Program-made: the position numbers and the translations under genes
In this document: positions 30,562-33,830 of the stretch, in pieces
Layout of the letters: the number at the start of each line of letters is the position of its first letter
Numbering within the stretch: position 1 is the stretch's first letter
Notes under the pieces: generated by a model
Told to the model about the DNA's origin: nothing
Database searches by the model: none
The model's input: only the letters and a program-made list of their open reading frames with translations
Source: Clostridiales bacterium
Lineage (GTDB): Bacteria > Bacillota > Clostridia > Lutisporales > Lutisporaceae
DNA: 33,830 bases
Direction of reading: 5' to 3'
Assembly (NCBI GenBank): GCA_012522255.1
Contig: JAAYKT010000040.1
Location: 1-33,830 of the forward strand

Positions 30562-33038
30562 AATCTTATCATGCACTTGCCTGGAAAGAGCTTAAAACCC
30601 AAAAAGTAACATCTACACTCATTCTAATTGCCATTGTACTGTCAACTATGATGACGACGGTGATTGGTCAGTCTTGGGGCATTTTGCAGACCTTACGGGA
30701 GCAGCAGGCCGGAATGTTGAATGGAAACCGGTATGCCACGTTCCACAACTTGGCTGAGGAACAAAAGCTCCTGCTTGAGAAAGATGACCGGCTCTCTTTT
30801 GTCGGCAGTAGTATGACTCTTGGAACCACAAAGCTAAAGAACAGTGGAATCTCATTACAGCTTAGAGAATATGACGAGCAGGACTTATCGGTTTATCCAA
30901 CTGTTTCACAACTTATCAAAGGACATCTCCCCCAGAAAGCAGGGGAAATCGCCCTGCCCCAGGATGCGCTTGAATACTTGGGCTTTTCCGGTGATATCGG
31001 CGATATGGTTACGCTGAATTTGAGTATTTCGCTTCTTCAGGACACGGAAGAAGCTTATGAATATCAAGCGAAATTCACCTTGTGCGGAATTATGAAAAGC
31101 AATTATCTCGGCTACAGCTCAGGAGTTGTAACTGGAATTGCCGGACAAGGAACCGCAGAGAAATGGCTTCCAGTAAAATATCAGGTCTATTCGACGGATT
31201 TTCGCACTGCAGATAAACGTAATTTTCAGCAGACTGTCAACAATCTTGCCGAAAAAACAGGAACTCCCGACAGTCACATCCAATACAATTGGCTTTACCT
31301 GAGCGCATTAGGCATCACATATGATAAAGAAGATAGCGTTTCGGACGAAAGCAGCGGCTTTTCCTACATGCTTATGGCCGGTATCATGATTGGTGCATTG
31401 GTCTTATTGGCAGCGGGACTTGTCATCTACAACATTTTGAAAATCGCGGTAAGTAAACGAATAAAGGCATATGGAACTCTGCGGACGATTGGCGCTCATC
31501 AGGGACAGCTTTACCGCTTGGTTTCCGAACAGCTTGTCCTGCTATGCCTTGCAGGTATTCCTATAGGTGCTGTTCTAGGGGTAATATCTGCCGGTGGTAT
31601 CACAAAAGCGGCTACCAGCCTGTTCTCCCCGGAAATTTTTATGGTCCAAAACACGGAAGAGCTTGGCACATTGATCGCACAGAACAGTACAGGTAAGCTG
31701 CTTCCTCTGCTTATTAGTGCAGCTATTACTTTAGTATTTGCTTTTATTGCCGCTCTGCCTGCTGCACGATATGCCGCAAGGGTTTCCCCTACCGTTGCCA
31801 TGCATGGGATAACAAGTAAAATAAAACGAAAAAATCGAAGGGAGAAGCATATCCGGAATTTTGAAGCATTTTACGCAAGACTAAACCTGAAACGCAATGC
31901 AGGCAGAACCGCTATAACAATTTTGTCTCTGGTAATGAGCATTACAGTGTTTGTGGCAATTCAATCCTTTTCTGGCTTGTTGGATGCCTCCCAAGCGGTA
32001 CAGAAGCTTCATTTAGGAGATTACTCTATTACAAATGATTCAATCGGTTTTATACCCTCTGTTGTGGAGGCTCTAAAATCCCAGGAAGGAGTTTCTTCGG
32101 TGTCTACTTTAAAATACAGCCTTTATATGCAGGCAAAAGACGGTACTTTGCCTATTGAAGCAGGCTTTAAGTTAAAACCGAGTGAAACACTGCAAATTGT
32201 GGGAGTCGATGAGGAACGTCTTAAAGCACTTAAGCCAGCACTCACCAAAGACGAGATACAGGAGTTGAAGGATGGAAAAGCTTGTTTAGTCAAAAATCCT
32301 ATAGCAATATCTTATGAAGGAATACAAATAGAAACAACCTCATTTACAGCCGGAGATACTATTTCAGTTGCTAATAATGAACTGAAAGTGCTCGGAAATA
32401 GTGATGCCATCGGATTGGATAACGAAGGCTTTGTCAACGGTGTTCAAGTGGTGGTGTATGATACGGTTTATGATCAACTGACCGGAAAGAGCACCTATTC
32501 AGAGCTGTACCCGATTTTAGAAGAGGGAGCGGATACCCAGGCTGTGGAGCAGAAAATAGAGCAAATCAGCGAGCAAACAGCGGGAAGCCGTTGGCTCTCC
32601 TATCAGAACACTGATAAACAGCTGGAAGAAAGCTATCAGCAAATTAAGCTGATCGCTTGGGGACTGATACTCTTTATCGGGTTGATTGGACTTTTGAACA
32701 TCATCAATACCACCTACACCAATATTCACACCCGCATTCAGGAAATCGGGATGCAGCGCGCAATCGGTATGAGTACGGCAAGCCTGTATAAGACCTTTTT
32801 GTGGGAAGGCGCCTACTATGGGATAATAGCCGGTGGTATTGGGGCTGTGGCAGGATATATTTGCACCATCTTTGTAGAAGCAGCGGCAACAGATCAGCTT
32901 GCGCTTGTGGCTGTGCCGACAACCTCTATTATTCAAGCAGCTTTCACATCTATTGTTGCCTGTCTGATAGCAACCTGTATTCCACTATACCAGATTGCGA
33001 AGATAAGTATTGTGGATTCCATTGAAACTGTTGAGTAA
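30558..33038 (+). CDS. ABC transporter permease with two FtsX domains and two large extracytoplasmic domains
   Basis: 826 aa. There is an N-terminal TM helix plus extracellular domain, an FtsX 4-TM block (~aa 275-400), a second extracellular domain, and a C-terminal FtsX block (LIAWGLILFIGLIGLLNIIN...GMQRAIGMS...). It has an ATGA overlap with the ATPase gene and a GGAGGTG RBS. Confidence 0.9.
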   Translation: MKSYHALAWKELKTQKVTSTLILIAIVLSTMMTTVIGQSWGILQTLREQQAGMLNGNRYATFHNLAEEQKLLLEKDDRLSFVGSSMTLGTTKLKNSGISLQLREYDEQDLSVYPTVSQLIKGHLPQKAGEIALPQDALEYLGFSGDIGDMVTLNLSISLLQDTEEAYEYQAKFTLCGIMKSNYLGYSSGVVTGIAGQGTAEKWLPVKYQVYSTDFRTADKRNFQQTVNNLAEKTGTPDSHIQYNWLYLSALGITYDKEDSVSDESSGFSYMLMAGIMIGALVLLAAGLVIYNILKIAVSKRIKAYGTLRTIGAHQGQLYRLVSEQLVLLCLAGIPIGAVLGVISAGGITKAATSLFSPEIFMVQNTEELGTLIAQNSTGKLLPLLISAAITLVFAFIAALPAARYAARVSPTVAMHGITSKIKRKNRREKHIRNFEAFYARLNLKRNAGRTAITILSLVMSITVFVAIQSFSGLLDASQAVQKLHLGDYSITNDSIGFIPSVVEALKSQEGVSSVSTLKYSLYMQAKDGTLPIEAGFKLKPSETLQIVGVDEERLKALKPALTKDEIQELKDGKACLVKNPIAISYEGIQIETTSFTAGDTISVANNELKVLGNSDAIGLDNEGFVNGVQVVVYDTVYDQLTGKSTYSELYPILEEGADTQAVEQKIEQISEQTAGSRWLSYQNTDKQLEESYQQIKLIAWGLILFIGLIGLLNIINTTYTNIHTRIQEIGMQRAIGMSTASLYKTFLWEGAYYGIIAGGIGAVAGYICTIFVEAAATDQLALVAVPTTSIIQAAFTSIVACLIATCIPLYQIAKISIVDSIETVE

Positions 33039-33072
33039 CAGCAGAAAGGATAGATATGAGGTCTACCATTAT

Positions 33073-33104
33073 AATAAAACGCTCATCGTAATGAAAGTTT
33101 TATT
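33073..33104. terminator. Possible bidirectional terminator hairpin between convergent genes
   Basis: AATAAAAC-N16-GTTTTATT (8-bp AT-rich stem) lies in the 76-nt gap between the permease stop and the HipA-like stop. The stem is weak and the loop is large. Confidence 0.3.
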
Positions 33105-33114
33105 ATTGGCAGCT

Positions 33115-33830
33115 CTATATGGTCTGTTCTTGAGAGCCTTTCTCCATGGCAAAAAGTTGTTCAATACTATAATCAAGAATTTTAGACTTGCGCTCATGGA
33201 GTATAATTTTATAAAACTCTTTTTGAATAGGCATCGGCGTTGGTGTTTCCTCAATAATTTTATATAGTCCTTCCAGATTAATTCGACTGTGAATTCGCTT
33301 TAATGCCAGGTTGCAATCCTCGTTTTTCAAGGAAGAAATAAACTCAAAGTATGAAACTTTTTTGCCGTTTTCTTCAATGGTTGATGCCGGATAGGTATAG
33401 ATTCGCCTGTTAATCTCGTCCTCTCTATCCAACACAGACTGCATATCCTCTGCCGCAAGCTGGGGATAAAGACAAGAGCCACAGTCATATATGGGAGCTA
33501 TTTCTGCAGTTTCCATGTGCTCATCTACGAGGATACCCCAGTTGCCGTTATGCCTGTCAAAATTTCCAAGGAAGGCATCTGCAATAAACATATCCCAAAA
33601 GAAATCACGAAGTTTATCGGGTGGCAGCAATGTTTGCTCTTCGATGGCTTCAAGAATTGAGGATAGCTCTGTGCCGTATCCGCTTTGCTCACTATTAATA
33701 CAGGTGTTTTTAAGATGGGCAAATTCAATCAGTTTCTTTCCTCCATCGGTAAAATCACCACAGGCTACCACAGTTTTTTCCTTGCCTCGGCTGTCAGTAT
33801 AAGTACCGAGCAGGGTTTCCTGCGTGTTGA
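33115..33830 (-). CDS. HipA-like serine/threonine kinase, C-terminal domain (5'-partial; runs off the window edge)
   Basis: FIADAFLGNFDRHNGNWGILVDEH...IAPIYDCGSCLYP matches the HipA_C catalytic-loop / APxYD pattern. The frame stays open upstream of the track's GTG (…NTQETLLGTYTDSRGKEKTVVACGDFT) all the way to nt 33830. Confidence 0.75.
   Translation of the reverse strand, partial: NTQETLLGTYTDSRGKEKTVVACGDFTDGGKKLIEFAHLKNTCINSEQSGYGTELSSILEAIEEQTLLPPDKLRDFFWDMFIADAFLGNFDRHNGNWGILVDEHMETAEIAPIYDCGSCLYPQLAAEDMQSVLDREDEINRRIYTYPASTIEENGKKVSYFEFISSLKNEDCNLALKRIHSRINLEGLYKIIEETPTPMPIQKEFYKIILHERKSKILDYSIEQLFAMEKGSQEQTI

Noticed and set aside
1-33830. Scan for CRISPR arrays, tRNA/rRNA genes, transposase or integrase genes and phage structural genes.
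   Set aside because: I saw no regularly spaced direct repeats, no cloverleaf-like or rRNA-like conserved stretches, and no DDE or tyrosine/serine recombinase motifs in any listed ORF.

Overview
This looks like a low-GC, Clostridia-like Firmicutes chromosomal window, judging from AGGAGG-type RBSs, frequent GTG/TTG starts, an SLH-anchored surface protein and a clostridial-type enoate reductase.

- **nt 1-2150 (+):** a GntR/TrkA-C regulator and a GNAT acetyltransferase. The GNAT gene has a good sigma-A promoter surrounded by three TGACAACYT repeats.
- **nt 2186-19784 (all minus strand):** an 8.25-kb gene for a 2749-aa secreted, SLH-anchored multidomain protein, then a ydjI/ydjG/ydjH-like SPFH / zinc-ribbon / TPM membrane module. 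Next comes a tightly packed 3-gene operon pairing a FMN/FAD/[4Fe-4S] 2-enoate-reductase-family enzyme with a split aconitase-X (DUF521 + DUF126) dehydratase, followed by a LemA-TPM pair.
- **nt 19785-25300:** AT-rich and partly decayed.
  - A 170-bp nested palindromic element sits inside what looks like a broken small zinc-ribbon gene.
  - Intact genes here are an LCP-family gene, a nicotinamidase-like gene, a VOC/glyoxalase gene and two orphan lipoprotein genes.
  - There are also remnants of a subtilase-like peptidase and of a RelE/ParE toxin. Part of the toxin fragment is duplicated as a 36-bp direct repeat.
- **nt 25300-33830:**
  - A membrane-anchored Xre regulator.
  - An ECF-like sigma / anti-sigma pair.
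  - A Bce-like module: OmpR-type response regulator, HAMP histidine kinase, ABC ATPase and an 826-aa tandem-FtsX permease.
  - A HipA-like kinase gene that runs off the right edge.

I recognised no rRNA, tRNA, CRISPR array, transposase or integrase.

The best candidate for something undescribed is the aconitase-X + enoate-reductase operon, a possible dehydrate-then-reduce pathway. After it come the N-terminal beta-propeller / amphipathic-hairpin module of the giant SLH protein and the clustering of SPFH/TPM/LemA membrane modules.

CDS coordinates follow the supplied ORF track, with starts re-picked where an RBS supports it. Hand-located motifs may be off by 1-2 nt. All family calls come from motif recognition by eye, not from database searches.
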